64,000 nucleotides of DNA from Thermosulfidibacter sp. Lineage in GTDB: Bacteria > Thermosulfidibacterota > Thermosulfidibacteria > Thermosulfidibacterales > Thermosulfidibacteraceae. The notes under the pieces are model-generated. The model did not search any database and was not told the DNA's origin. It worked only from the letters and a program-made list of their open reading frames with translations. The position numbers were made by a program, and so were the translations under genes. The stretch spans positions 33,532-97,531 of the forward strand of contig JAGDVO010000001.1 of assembly GCA_023269715.1 (NCBI GenBank), in the 5' to 3' direction. Shown one piece after another: positions 12,101 to 21,206 of this stretch (position 1 is the first letter of the stretch; each line of letters begins with the position of its first letter).

Positions 12101-13742
12101 AATGGTACAGATAGACTGTTCTACCTTCTATGTTCATCTCAAAAGCCTTTTCCTCAATAACAGTAAGGTAAAAACTTTCAAGGACAGAAACAACATCCGA
12201 AAGTTTAAGGGCATTTACACTATAAACTTTGATCAAGTTCTCAAGTGCCCTTACCCTAAAACCACCTGTTACTAGAACCTCCTCTATGATACCAATATCA
12301 ATGATAGCTTCCTCAACACTGGTCACTTTTTTATACTCTTCAGAAAAGATCCTCAAGAAATTAACCCATTTTGCAAACCTACCATCTGGAGGTTGGATCT
12401 CCAAGAGTTTCTTAGCGAAAAGATCATCCCAGGAAAAAACCAGTTTTCTTATCTCCTCTTCAATACGAGTGATATCTTCTTTCTCGACCTTTTTGTATGG
12501 TGTCAGGAAGAAATAAAGGATACCTAAACCTTCATGAATAGAAACTCTGTAATCTACATAGTCAGAAGTTAACATGTTTTTCAGACCAGCCTTTACATCC
12601 TCTGCAACCTTAGGTGAAACTCTTTCTGCTGGTAGTATAACGATAACGGAAAGTAGACCCTGTTTCTCCCTTATCCTAGCAAAGACGTTTGCAACTTTTG
12701 AATCTTTGACAGAATCTATCATCTTGATTATACTATCTATCTCCTCATGAGACATAACGAACAACTCTTCAATGGGTATAGCATCAAACACTTCCTTGAG
12801 TTGCTTATATTCGTAAGAGCCATAAACCACGTTTCTACTAAGAGCTATATTCACCAACTTTCTCCTTATATAAGGGATAACCGAACCTTTAGTTGATACC
12901 GCTTTTCTGGTGAAAAGACCTACCCAAACCCTCCAACCATTAATAGTACCATCATCCCTCGGCATTCTAACCGCTATTAGATCAATCTTACCTGGTCTAT
13001 GAATAAAGGATTTCTGTGAAAGTTTATCAGCGTAAACAAGATCATTATAATGTAAATTGAGCAATTCTATAACTTCATTATAGTTAAAAGGGATCCTTTC
13101 AACAACACCTTCCCTAAATATCCCATACCTCTCTGTAACAGAGAAGCCTCCATTAGAAGAATATTCCATGTACCCAAAAAATACAAAGTTATCATCCTTT
13201 AACCAATCAAGGAAAAGCACTATTTCTTCCGATTCACTTTCATTTATAGCATTCAATTCTGCCAAATACTCTATATCAACGATCGCTTCCCTAACAGTCC
13301 TCTTTATATTCACAAAATCCTTAACCATATAGCTTACCGCTACTAGAACATCTCTGACGCCAGTAGAAAAGTTCTCTAAAATACAACTATCCACATCATC
13401 AGCAAATTCCAGATAAATAAGCATTTCTTCCTGAGTACCTTCCAAGGCAACTAATTTTCCACTTTTCCTCTCAACTCTAAGGGGAATATTCAAGAAAAGT
13501 CTTGGGGTAAGTTTGATATCTTCCAATGCCAGTCTGATAGTGCCTTCAATAAAAGGTATATCATCAATCAGAAGGATAACCACTTTACCGCCAATCAAAT
13601 CAAATAGACCAACTTTTACAACATCCTCTCTTACCTTTATAAATTCCTCAAGCAAACCTAACCTCTCATCCAGCCTACTCTTATCAAACAAACCAAAGGC
13701 AGTGGGATAACTACTTTCTATTATCTCCCTCAAATTTCTCAT
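9159..13742 (-). CDS. gdhB: large NAD-specific glutamate dehydrogenase (Bac_GDH family, 1527 aa)
   Basis: Size, plus the catalytic core around [41 protein letters not shown] and VVAADKGTA...[12 protein letters not shown], match my memory of the approx. 180-kDa NAD-GDH class. SD GGAGGAAT lies upstream. Confidence 0.85.
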   Translation of the reverse strand: MRNLREIIESSYPTAFGLFDKSRLDERLGLLEEFIKVREDVVKVGLFDLIGGKVVILLIDDIPFIEGTIRLALEDIKLTPRLFLNIPLRVERKSGKLVALEGTQEEMLIYLEFADDVDSCILENFSTGVRDVLVAVSYMVKDFVNIKRTVREAIVDIEYLAELNAINESESEEIVLFLDWLKDDNFVFFGYMEYSSNGGFSVTERYGIFREGVVERIPFNYNEVIELLNLHYNDLVYADKLSQKSFIHRPGKIDLIAVRMPRDDGTINGWRVWVGLFTRKAVSTKGSVIPYIRRKLVNIALSRNVVYGSYEYKQLKEVFDAIPIEELFVMSHEEIDSIIKMIDSVKDSKVANVFARIREKQGLLSVIVILPAERVSPKVAEDVKAGLKNMLTSDYVDYRVSIHEGLGILYFFLTPYKKVEKEDITRIEEEIRKLVFSWDDLFAKKLLEIQPPDGRFAKWVNFLRIFSEEYKKVTSVEEAIIDIGIIEEVLVTGGFRVRALENLIKVYSVNALKLSDVVSVLESFYLTVIEEKAFEMNIEGRTVYLYHYYVNVKNSSLIRKDILDLLSEAIEKVLNSGMESDPLNGLVVVGGLNWREVDLLRTYRNYLRQIKPQITYATTYNAFLNYSSLVRMLVNLFGIKFDPSFAGSIEERKKLFKSKKEEFLKLLTTIPTLAEEKVFRTYLNLVEATTRTNFFKKKDGNYISVKIDCSKLEDLTGYKPMFETYVHSVNTEAVHLRAGRIARGGIRWSDRPDDFRTEILGLMKTQVLKNAIIVPTGAKGGFVVKGQGVGSVERAYSDFIKGLLDITDNIVNSEIKKPDDVVCYDGDDYYLVVAADKGTARMSDLANSIAKSYGYWLGDAFASGGSTGYDHKKFGVTAKGAWICVKRHLLEIGKNIDRDVITVVGIGDMSGDVFGNGMIYSKNIKLIAAFNHRYIFVDPDPDLEASYNERLRLFREVRDWDGYNQELISKGGFVARRDARAIRLSEETRKVLGVNEVEVSGEELIKLILKVPADLLWNGGVGTYVKASTETNLEVMDPHNDSVRVDARDLKVKVVGEGGNLGFTQKARIEYALNGGKINMDSVDNSAGVNTSDYEVNIKILLNTLVSEGVISEEDRLRIIEDVIDEVLEKVFANNYMQSLAISLDVMRSKENLEDFVIAVDDLESKRILDRREAVLPSKTEFVHRMNSKIGLTRPEVAQLISYEKIWVKRSLLESRILDNPYMVSFLKEYFPPKIVESYGGYLTKHPLKREIIATVVTNKMVDIMGSTFVHSMGYKNGMEPHEVAVTYIMVSGILDVDNYIGMISSFDGIVEPSVQYRAYLDLSKVVSEMVTWSSYFVGDWLPMQNVIEKYRKMVSDLKEYKFSQQVIMKNGIIRDRINMYTEAGFDMKVAKELAILPLLVDILDIITLSEYTGRPLEVTAHIYELTNRIFRITEIDRALFEAGKRDWWDWQFYRYLRRDLFMTRRKLVMEMASCLKGDMSQDIENVTENCFKIWKVIEKEIEKLLVSERKDLIPWHVVISKLRDSL

Positions 13743-13781
13743 GCTAATTCCTCCAAAACCCTATTTAACCACCCTAGTTAC

Positions 13782-13810
13782 ATTAAACCTGATAAAAACC
13801 ACCTTTACAA
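13782..13810 (-). promoter_or_regulatory. candidate sigma-70 promoter for the NAD-GDH gene
   Basis: The minus strand reads TTGTAA-N17-TTTAAT, about 33 nt upstream of the gdh ATG with SD GGAGGAAT. Confidence 0.4.
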
Positions 13811-13817
13811 GAGGTAG

Positions 13818-13847
13818 TTGTAGTAGTTAGATATTGTGGTGTATAAT
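13818..13847 (+). promoter_or_regulatory. candidate promoter for the dehydrogenase gene giving a leaderless mRNA
   Basis: TTGTAG-N18-TATAAT (13842-13847), with ATG 13854 only 6 nt after the -10 box and no SD. Confidence 0.35.
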
Positions 13848-13853
13848 CAGACT

Positions 13854-14852
13854 ATGAACAAAAACTTATCTCTCAAGATATTTGGCAAAAACTCTCTTAA
13901 AATAGTTGAAGAACCACTAAGAGAAATAAAAGACGGAGAAGTTCTAATAAAGGTTATAGCCTGTGGACTTTGCGCCTCCGACCTAAAAGTTATAGAAGGC
14001 AAAAAAGAAGCCAAAATAGGGATAACTCTAGGACATGAAATTGTAGGAGAAATAGTGGAAAGCAAAAACGAAATGGTAAAGGAAAAGAAGGTAGTAAGTG
14101 TATTCCCAAGCGTGGTATGTAGAAACTGTTATAGTTGTAATAAAGGATACTACAATCTCTGTAGGAGCAAGAAAAGTTTAGGATATTACCTAGATGGTGG
14201 ATTCGCAAGGTATGTGGTGGTCCCAAGAGAAATAGTGGAAATTGGAGGTCTTATAGAAATTGAAGGAATACCAGAAATTCTAGGTGCAATCATAGAGCCC
14301 GTAGGCTGTGTCATAAACTCACTTAAAGCTATAGGTATTCAAGATATAGAAAATCTACTTATAGTTGGAGCAGGTTCACTCGGACTTTTTCATCTAATAA
14401 TAGCCAATAGCTATAAAAAACGGGTCGCCATAGTTGATCATAATGAGGACAGATTGAATCTTGCAAGAGAACTTGGGGCAAGAAATACGCTAAGTAGCAT
14501 AAAAGGTGTAGAAGAAAGGTACGATGCTATAGTCCTTACCGCTCCAGCCTATGATGAGGTATCAACCATTTTAGAACTCCTAAATGAAAGAGGCAAGTTA
14601 AATATATTTGCCGGTTCTAGGATAGATACTATAAACTTACCAATTAAAAGTTTTCACTACCACGAAAGAACAATAACCGGTACTCATAGTACTACACCAG
14701 AATACATGAAAGAGGGAGTTGAAGTTATTAAAAATAACCCTACATCATTCCAAAAAGTCATAACTCATATCTTTAAACTAAGTAAATGGAAAGATGCGAT
14801 TAGATACTACAAAACAAGAAAGGCGGTAAAAATACTAATCACGCCTGATTGA
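13854..14852 (+). CDS. zinc-dependent alcohol/polyol dehydrogenase family protein (threonine/sorbitol-DH-like)
   Basis: CGLCASDLK, GHEIVGEIVE, structural-zinc cluster CRNCYSCNKGYYNLC and Rossmann loop VGAGSLG. The track start is GTG 13836; ATG 13854 is preferred (see promoter feature). Confidence 0.8.
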   Translation: MNKNLSLKIFGKNSLKIVEEPLREIKDGEVLIKVIACGLCASDLKVIEGKKEAKIGITLGHEIVGEIVESKNEMVKEKKVVSVFPSVVCRNCYSCNKGYYNLCRSKKSLGYYLDGGFARYVVVPREIVEIGGLIEIEGIPEILGAIIEPVGCVINSLKAIGIQDIENLLIVGAGSLGLFHLIIANSYKKRVAIVDHNEDRLNLARELGARNTLSSIKGVEERYDAIVLTAPAYDEVSTILELLNERGKLNIFAGSRIDTINLPIKSFHYHERTITGTHSTTPEYMKEGVEVIKNNPTSFQKVITHIFKLSKWKDAIRYYKTRKAVKILITPD

Positions 14853-15116
14853 AAAAGTAACGAATTCACCTTTATAAGGTTCCCACTTTTCCTCTACATT
14901 TTCAACTCTTGCAAGAGGAGGGCCTTCCCAGCACCAAGCTATGAAGTTTTTAAGAACATCCTCTTCACCTTCCGCAACTACCTCTACTCTTCCATCTGGT
15001 AGATTCCTAACCCAACCTGTAATACCCAGCCTTTTAGCCACTTCACAGGCATTGGCTCTATAATAGACACCTTGAACTTTACCACTTATCAAGAGATGCA
15101 CCCTCTTTTTAGACAT
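14835..15116 (-). CDS. acyP: acylphosphatase
   Basis: ISGKVQGVYYR...GWVRNLPDGRVEV is the acylphosphatase signature. 93 aa. Confidence 0.9.
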   Translation of the reverse strand: MSKKRVHLLISGKVQGVYYRANACEVAKRLGITGWVRNLPDGRVEVVAEGEEDVLKNFIAWCWEGPPLARVENVEEKWEPYKGEFVTFSIRRD

Positions 15117-15118
15117 AC

Positions 15119-15370
15119 CTATAGAAACCCCTTCCCATGTACTTTAGTTATATCAGATTTCATTATATCACTTTTAACCTTTCTGAGCAAGTCTAGAGCC
15201 TCTTCAAGGTCACTGATCCTAAAATTGATAGCCTCTCTATTTGAGATTATAACCTCATCAACTAGCCTCTTACTTTTACCCTCTCTCTCCTTCCTTTTAA
15301 CCATGAAAGTATCAACCTCCTTTATTCTCAAAAGAGGACCTATATTAGAATACCTCCCGTCTATCACCAT
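15119..15370 (-). CDS. hypothetical 83-aa protein downstream of fliS
   Basis: Strong SD AGGAGG sits 6 nt before ATG 15370. Lies 2 nt after the fliS stop and 2 nt before the acyP start. Charged and helical; I recognise no family. Confidence 0.5.
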   Translation of the reverse strand: MVIDGRYSNIGPLLRIKEVDTFMVKRKEREGKSKRLVDEVIISNREAINFRISDLEEALDLLRKVKSDIMKSDITKVHGKGFL

Positions 15371-15372
15371 GA

Positions 15373-15762
15373 CTAACCTCCTACCGTACTTTTCTCATCA
15401 CATCTAAAATTCCTCAAAGCTTCAACCCAAGCTTTGTAAAGTTCATCCATTATCCCATAGGCTTCATCTATAGCGTATTTCTCTCCTCTTGTAAGAGCTT
15501 CATCCAATCTCCACAGAATAAAATCGTATAACCTGTAGAGGTTAACTGCAATTTCACCACCATTTTCAAAATCTAAAGAAGCAATAAGAGCTCTCACTAT
15601 ACTCATGGCCTTATCGACACTTTTCATGTAAATCAAACTATCATCAGCTTTTTTGGCCTCAAGCATAGATCTGAGAGCACCCTCATATAGAGCAAGAATA
15701 ATATTAGCCCCATCACCAACCTCAATGCTGTTACGCTGATAAGCTAATGTTGCATTAACCAT
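15373..15762 (-). CDS. fliS: flagellar export chaperone FliS
   Basis: AYQRNSIEV..., ILALYEGALRSMLEAKKA and NLYRLYDFILWRL form the four-helix FliS pattern. Sits immediately after fliD. Confidence 0.9.
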   Translation of the reverse strand: MVNATLAYQRNSIEVGDGANIILALYEGALRSMLEAKKADDSLIYMKSVDKAMSIVRALIASLDFENGGEIAVNLYRLYDFILWRLDEALTRGEKYAIDEAYGIMDELYKAWVEALRNFRCDEKSTVGG

Positions 15763-15776
15763 AGCTTCCTCCTTAA

Positions 15777-18374
15777 CTACTTGTTATTATTGTTTATACC
15801 AAGCTGAGCCATAAGATACTGGCTTGCAGCTTGCATTTTAGCCATAGATTCTTCCATTGCGGAAAACTTATTCCAGAGCATACTTTCATATTCGTTAAGC
15901 CTATTTACCTCTTCAACTTCATTCTTTGCGAGTCTAGCTATAATAGCATCTATAGACCCACCAGGTTTATAGTAGTTGTATACAAGACCACTGGTGCCAA
16001 AGTAATTATTAACAACATTGTAGAGTTTCTTAGCTATACCATCCTCCCTGTCCCCCACGAAGAGTTTATAAAGATCATAGGGCCTATTTCTAAGAGCATC
16101 CATGAACCTAGAATTGTTCCTGAGAAGTTCTTTTATCTTATCCTTATCCGTGTACTTACCAAGTATATAACCCTTGTTCTTCTCATCCTCACTCATACCA
16201 TAATCATCCATAAGACCAATATCAAAAAGCGACTTAAAAAAGCCACTATTGTTTACAGTGGCAGTAAGATTGGATCTCAACTTGTACAGGAAATCTCTCA
16301 ACTCCCTACTCTCAGAAATTATTTTGTAAGAAAGATATTCTTCATGCTTTTTCTTGTAGTCATCTATTTCAGCCTGTGTCATCTTAGCTTTATCCTCATC
16401 ACTCAGAGGCTCAAGGTACTTCTTCATATCATCTGTAAGTTTCGGTGGATTTAACTTATCAACTATTTGATTATAGAGAACTATCATCTGAGAAAACTTA
16501 TCGAGTAACGCCTCTTCATCCGGCGCTAAAGTAACAGTTACATAATTCTCGCCAACAACACCTTTAAGATATAAGGTTACGCCGTTTATCACATCCGATA
16601 TCTCATTAGTTGGACGTATAAAGTTTATACCATTCACATTTATTATAGCATCTTGTCCCTTCTTACCCACCTGATAAGTACTAGTTCCGGTAGGGATGAG
16701 ATTAAGAGCGCTTAAAATATTACTCGTATCATTTGGGGAACCCAAAGTAATATAGGAATTATTAGAATTACTCTTATTCACAATTACAACCTTATCGAGG
16801 TTAGAATCGTAATAAGCATCTACACCACTAGGAGAGTTCTTTATTCTGTTCAAAAGATCCATCAGGGAATCCTTTGCAGGATCAACGTAAAGAGTCACTC
16901 CATTTATGGTAAAAGTTCCCTTAGTTGGTGTAATAGAAAGACCGCTACTAGCTAACGGCACGGTAGGATCTATTTTGCCCTCTGTAGCACCAGGAACGTA
17001 GGTTGCACCACTTGTAATGGCAAGTTTACCTACAGTAAGGAAATTACTTGTATCCTGAGGAGAACCGAGCTTTATAGGACCACCAGGAGTAACACTTCTT
17101 AGAACTATCCTATCGTTTACACTATCGTAATAAGCTAGAACACCCGCGCCAGCAGAATTTATTCTAGCTAGAATGTCGTTCACCGTAAGTTTTGTATAGT
17201 CATCGATATAGATCTTGACACCATTTATAGTAAAATACCCATTGGTGGAAACTGTAGGAGTAACCGCAAAACCAGCTTTATCAAGTGTAGCGTTTAAATT
17301 CAAACCAGCTCCACTTGAAACCTTAGCCCCATAAACATAACTATATATGGCCTTCTGAGCCTTGAGCGAAGCATCCCTTAGAACTTCTATAGCACCATCA
17401 CTCACATTAGTACCACTTACACTAGCACCAGGAATAAAGTAGTTTCCAATAGCATTCACCACATCCGACAGACCAGCAGCAAAGAATTTTGTAGTCACAC
17501 TATCTCTCAACTCAACCGATGGATTCAGAAGGCCAAGGGTACTTACAGTAGAGCCACTGAAAGACAAGCCACTACCTGTCATATCGTAGACGACTAACTT
17601 CGCAGTACCAGGAGCCCCACTAGTTTCAACCCTTACCATAACATAGGTATAATCCTTGGTACCAAAGGCACTGTTTATAGCTTCATTCATCTTGTCCTCT
17701 ATTTCTCTTGCAAGGTCGTACATGCTTGACACGCCACTTGTATAGCTATTGCTAAAGGAAAACTGGAGAGACTTTCCTCCATAGGTGAAATTAAATACGC
17801 TACCAGCTGCCACATTAACCCCAACCTTGCCAGCATTCGCAGCATCCTCAATAACACTTCCCATATAGGCATTGACAGATGGAAGATTTTTCGGCTTGAA
17901 AGACCAATCCAATTCGTATCCACCTGTCACCGATTTTATATTAATAGTATCGATACCCTCTATATTTTCGGCCGATCTACCTGAAACTGAAAAATCACCA
18001 ACAGTAGATGAAGTTGTAAAAAGCCTTACATAATTAGAAATGGCTATTGAAGGTTGAGCAAGTTGACTGATTTTTACATTATAAGTACCAAAACTAGCAC
18101 CACTTTTTGCGGTAACATCAAGTAACGATGGATTTGAACTTGTAGCCTTAGGAGTAAGGTAGGTATTCATCATTTTTATTTGGAAAAGAAGATCCTTAAG
18201 CTGGGTTACCAAATCCCCTATTGATTTATAGACATTCCTCTCTATGAGGACGTAATCCTGTTTCTTTTTTATATCATCAAGTCTATAGCTTTCAGCCTTT
18301 ACCATAGCACTAATTATCGATTTAACATCAAGTCCTGATATTAAACCACCCACTTTAAATAGACTATCAGACAT
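15777..18374 (-). CDS. fliD: flagellar filament cap protein FliD (hook-associated protein 2), long 865-aa form
   Basis: N-terminus GGLISGLDVKSIISAMVKAESYRLD, a central region with IN-type repeats, and a C-terminal coiled coil (WNKFSAMEESMAKMQAASQYL). Confidence 0.9.
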   Translation of the reverse strand: MSDSLFKVGGLISGLDVKSIISAMVKAESYRLDDIKKKQDYVLIERNVYKSIGDLVTQLKDLLFQIKMMNTYLTPKATSSNPSLLDVTAKSGASFGTYNVKISQLAQPSIAISNYVRLFTTSSTVGDFSVSGRSAENIEGIDTINIKSVTGGYELDWSFKPKNLPSVNAYMGSVIEDAANAGKVGVNVAAGSVFNFTYGGKSLQFSFSNSYTSGVSSMYDLAREIEDKMNEAINSAFGTKDYTYVMVRVETSGAPGTAKLVVYDMTGSGLSFSGSTVSTLGLLNPSVELRDSVTTKFFAAGLSDVVNAIGNYFIPGASVSGTNVSDGAIEVLRDASLKAQKAIYSYVYGAKVSSGAGLNLNATLDKAGFAVTPTVSTNGYFTINGVKIYIDDYTKLTVNDILARINSAGAGVLAYYDSVNDRIVLRSVTPGGPIKLGSPQDTSNFLTVGKLAITSGATYVPGATEGKIDPTVPLASSGLSITPTKGTFTINGVTLYVDPAKDSLMDLLNRIKNSPSGVDAYYDSNLDKVVIVNKSNSNNSYITLGSPNDTSNILSALNLIPTGTSTYQVGKKGQDAIINVNGINFIRPTNEISDVINGVTLYLKGVVGENYVTVTLAPDEEALLDKFSQMIVLYNQIVDKLNPPKLTDDMKKYLEPLSDEDKAKMTQAEIDDYKKKHEEYLSYKIISESRELRDFLYKLRSNLTATVNNSGFFKSLFDIGLMDDYGMSEDEKNKGYILGKYTDKDKIKELLRNNSRFMDALRNRPYDLYKLFVGDREDGIAKKLYNVVNNYFGTSGLVYNYYKPGGSIDAIIARLAKNEVEEVNRLNEYESMLWNKFSAMEESMAKMQAASQYLMAQLGINNNNK
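16677..17240 (-). repeat. tandem internal duplication inside fliD (two units of about 81 aa with flagellin-hook IN-type motif)
   Basis: Unit A (residues about 379-459): GYFTINGVKIYIDD...DILARINSAGAGVLAYYDSVNDRIVL...LGSPQDTSNFL. Unit B (residues about 486-566): GTFTINGVTLYVDP...DLLNRIKNSPSGVDAYYDSNLDKVVI...LGSPNDTSNIL. Confidence 0.8.
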
Positions 18375-18408
18375 AAATCAACCTCCTTTTTGGGGCTATC
18401 ACTTATAA

Positions 18409-18435
18409 TAATCGTCCAAGACAAGCAAAAATTTA
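18409..18435 (-). promoter_or_regulatory. candidate sigma-28 (FliA)-type promoter for fliD
   Basis: The minus strand reads TAAA-N15-GACGATTA against the consensus TAAA-N15-GCCGATAA (6/8 in the -10 element). About 30 nt further down is AAGGAGG, then 7 nt, then the fliD ATG. Confidence 0.4.
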
Positions 18436-18439
18436 GCCG

Positions 18440-19396
18440 TTAAAGGACATTCCTAAGTGCACTGATAACGGAATCCAAAGGAACCTTCAAGGTACAGGTC
18501 GGACAATTCTTCTTCCCACAACCTATACTACTACACATGGTGTATACAACGACACTCTTACTATAACTAAAGGGACCGTTTCTCACGGGATCACTGGGTC
18601 CATATATACCAACTACGGGAACACCAAAGGCACTTGCAACATGTAAAAAACCAGTATCAGGACCAATAACAGCACTTGCCCTTAATATAAGAGCTATAGC
18701 TTCTCTCAAGCCCAAAGAAGGCAGTGTAAGATTTCCTAAACTAGATTTCTTATATCTATCAACATCTTCCAATCCTGGCAAAATATAAACTTTAATTCCT
18801 ATTTTACTTTTTATTTTCTCGACAAGTTCCGAAACCCAGCTTAATTTCAGTTTCTTAGACTCCCATCCACCACTTGGTAAAACTAGGATAAACTTATCAT
18901 CTTCAACGTATCTATATGTCAACTCGATTTCGCTATCGTCAACTTTCATGGGTATGGCGTAGATATCATCGTCCTTTACGCCCAGGCTAACCGTTAGTAG
19001 CTTCCTGAGCTTTTTGACTACATGCCTTTCCCCTCTTGTATCGACTCTAAAGTTGTAAAGAGCTGTCGCCAATTTTTCCCTTACCTCGCTACCAGAAAAC
19101 CCAGCACGGATACCTGGCCTGATGAGATAGAGGATCAAGGATGACTTTATAAGCCCTTGCATGTCGATACCCAAGTAAAATCCCTTTTTTCTCAGAGAGA
19201 GAATGTTGGAAAAAGTCGGGGTGAAAGGGACAATCCAATCTATACCCTTAAATAGAGGAAAATACCTCTCTTTTACAATCCAGATAACATTAAAACCTCC
19301 AAGTCTTTCGAGGATTGAGATGGCCTGTAAAGCATGGATTACATCACCTAAAGAAGAAAGTTTAACAACTATTATGTCAGATTCTCTTCTAGCCAC
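18440..19396 (-). CDS. glycosyltransferase family 9 (LPS heptosyltransferase-like)
   Basis: N-terminal IIVVKLSSLGDVIHAL and C-terminal GPDTGFLHVASAFGVPVVGIYGPSDP are typical of GT9 heptosyltransferases. Confidence 0.8.
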   Translation of the reverse strand: MARRESDIIVVKLSSLGDVIHALQAISILERLGGFNVIWIVKERYFPLFKGIDWIVPFTPTFSNILSLRKKGFYLGIDMQGLIKSSLILYLIRPGIRAGFSGSEVREKLATALYNFRVDTRGERHVVKKLRKLLTVSLGVKDDDIYAIPMKVDDSEIELTYRYVEDDKFILVLPSGGWESKKLKLSWVSELVEKIKSKIGIKVYILPGLEDVDRYKKSSLGNLTLPSLGLREAIALILRASAVIGPDTGFLHVASAFGVPVVGIYGPSDPVRNGPFSYSKSVVVYTMCSSIGCGKKNCPTCTLKVPLDSVISALRNVL

Positions 19397-20703
19397 CTAA
19401 CGTGCACAGATCCTTCAACAAAATCTGGATGGTTCAGAATAACCTCAAAAAGCGGTAGATTGGTCTTCACTCCCTCTATAACAGTTTCTCTTACGACTCT
19501 TCTTGCAGTTTTAATGGCCTCTAATCTATTCTTACCATAAACTATTATCTTAGCTATCATAGAGTCATAAAAAGGAGGAATCTCATAACCCTGATAAACA
19601 GCACTATCAACCCTCACATTGGGACCACCAGGAAAAATAAGCCTAACTATTTTACCAGGACTAGGTGCGAACTTCACAGGATCTTCAGCGTTAACTCTCA
19701 TTTCAATGGACCAGCCCCTTATTTTAACATCTTCCTGGGAAAACTTGAAGGGTTTCCCTCTTGCAACTTCTATCTGTAACTTTACAAGATCATAACCAGT
19801 AACCATTTCCGTAACCGGATGCTCTACTTGTATCCTGGTATTCATTTCTATGAAATAGTGGTTACCATTTTCATCGACTAGGAACTCAACAGTACCTGCA
19901 TTAACGTATCCCATACTTTCGGCTAATAGCACAGCATCTCTCCACAGTGCCCTTCTAACCTTTTCATCTATGACAGCAGGGGCTTCTTCAAGTACCTTTT
20001 GATGCCTTCTCTGAAGAGAACATTCCCTTTCACCAAAGTGAAGGACCTTACCGCTTTTGTCACCAAAGACCTGAACCTCTATATGCCTAGCGTTTATTAT
20101 ACACTTTTCTATGTACAAGGTAGAATCTCCAAAGGCTATTTCAGCCTCCCTAGCCGCAGAATCGAAGGTTCTAAGAAGTTCCTCTTCGCTTCTGACAAGC
20201 CTCATACCCCTTCCACCGCCACCAGCAGCAGCCTTTATCATAACCGGATATCCTACATCCCTGGCTAGGTCCACAGCATCATCCAAGCTCCTTATCTCTT
20301 CACCACTACCTGGAACAACAGAAACACCCGCTTTTTTAGCAAATTTAACTGCTTCTATCTTGTTACCCATTATTCTGATATGTTCAGGCTCTGGTCCTAT
20401 AAATGTCAAACCAACATCCTGACACATCTCCGCAAAAATGGCATTCTCTGCAAGAAAACCATACCCCGGGTGAATCGCATCACAATCAGTGATAAGAGCA
20501 GCAGTGATTATGCTCTTTAAATTTAGGTAGCTCCTTGTAGGGTCACTAGGACCTACACATATAGCGCGATCGGCAAGTTGCACAGGTAAAGAATTACTAT
20601 CCGCCTCGGAATAGACTACAACAGACTCTATATCGAGCTCTCTCAAGGCCCTTATTATCCTTAGCGCAATCTCGCCTCTATTGGCTATAAGAACCCTTTT
20701 CAC
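19372..20703 (-). CDS. accC: acetyl-CoA carboxylase biotin carboxylase subunit
   Basis: MKRVLIANRGEIALRIIRA, ATP-grasp GGGGRGMR and EMNTRIQVEHPVTE. Confidence 0.96.
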   Translation of the reverse strand: MKRVLIANRGEIALRIIRALRELDIESVVVYSEADSNSLPVQLADRAICVGPSDPTRSYLNLKSIITAALITDCDAIHPGYGFLAENAIFAEMCQDVGLTFIGPEPEHIRIMGNKIEAVKFAKKAGVSVVPGSGEEIRSLDDAVDLARDVGYPVMIKAAAGGGGRGMRLVRSEEELLRTFDSAAREAEIAFGDSTLYIEKCIINARHIEVQVFGDKSGKVLHFGERECSLQRRHQKVLEEAPAVIDEKVRRALWRDAVLLAESMGYVNAGTVEFLVDENGNHYFIEMNTRIQVEHPVTEMVTGYDLVKLQIEVARGKPFKFSQEDVKIRGWSIEMRVNAEDPVKFAPSPGKIVRLIFPGGPNVRVDSAVYQGYEIPPFYDSMIAKIIVYGKNRLEAIKTARRVVRETVIEGVKTNLPLFEVILNHPDFVEGSVHVRWLEENLT

Positions 20704-20717
20704 CGTTAAAATCCCTT

Positions 20718-21206
20718 TTACAATGGTTCAACTAGAAACAGAGGTTGACCATACTCCACGGGTTTACCATTCTCAGCTAAAACCTTAACAACCCTTCCTC
20801 TTATATCTGATTCTATCTCGTTCATTATTTTCATAGCCTCAATTATACAGACAACCTGACCCTTCTCTATAACATCACCTTCTTTAACATAAGGCGGAGC
20901 ATCAGGAGCAGGAGCCCTATAGAACGTACCAACGAGAGGAGCCCTTATGGCAACAAGGTTAGAACTCTCAGCCTCTAGATGGACCCCTTCTTTAGTATCC
21001 ACATAATCCGACTTTTCTTCACTTACCTTCGTCTGGATAGTTTCTCTTTGAGGTTCCCCAATTGGAACTACCTGTATCTGAGGTGTAGCATAAACTATCT
21101 GTCTTCTCAAAATTATCCTGACACCATTTTCCTCGTATTCGAAGTCGGTTAAACCAGACCTACTGAAAAGCTCAACTATTTTCTCTATGAGCTCATAATC
21201 CATCAC
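20718..21206 (-). CDS. accB: acetyl-CoA carboxylase biotin carboxyl carrier protein
   Basis: C-terminal biotinyl domain with the EAMKIMNEIE biotinylation motif. Sits upstream of accC. Confidence 0.93.
   Translation of the reverse strand: MMDYELIEKIVELFSRSGLTDFEYEENGVRIILRRQIVYATPQIQVVPIGEPQRETIQTKVSEEKSDYVDTKEGVHLEAESSNLVAIRAPLVGTFYRAPAPDAPPYVKEGDVIEKGQVVCIIEAMKIMNEIESDIRGRVVKVLAENGKPVEYGQPLFLVEPL

Noticed and set aside
15831-16454. Long antisense or alternative-frame ORFs. Examples: 207 aa at 15831-16454 inside fliD, 140 aa at 38770-39192 opposite the PilZ gene, 107 aa at 41118-41441 opposite trxA, 100 aa at 46274-46576, 143 aa at 24970-25401 and 143 aa at 32346-32777.
   Set aside because: Each lies entirely within a confidently recognised gene on the other strand or frame. 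Their compositions are low-complexity S/L/I/F-rich, with no SD and no recognisable motifs. They are shadow ORFs of the kind expected in an AT-rich, codon-biased genome.
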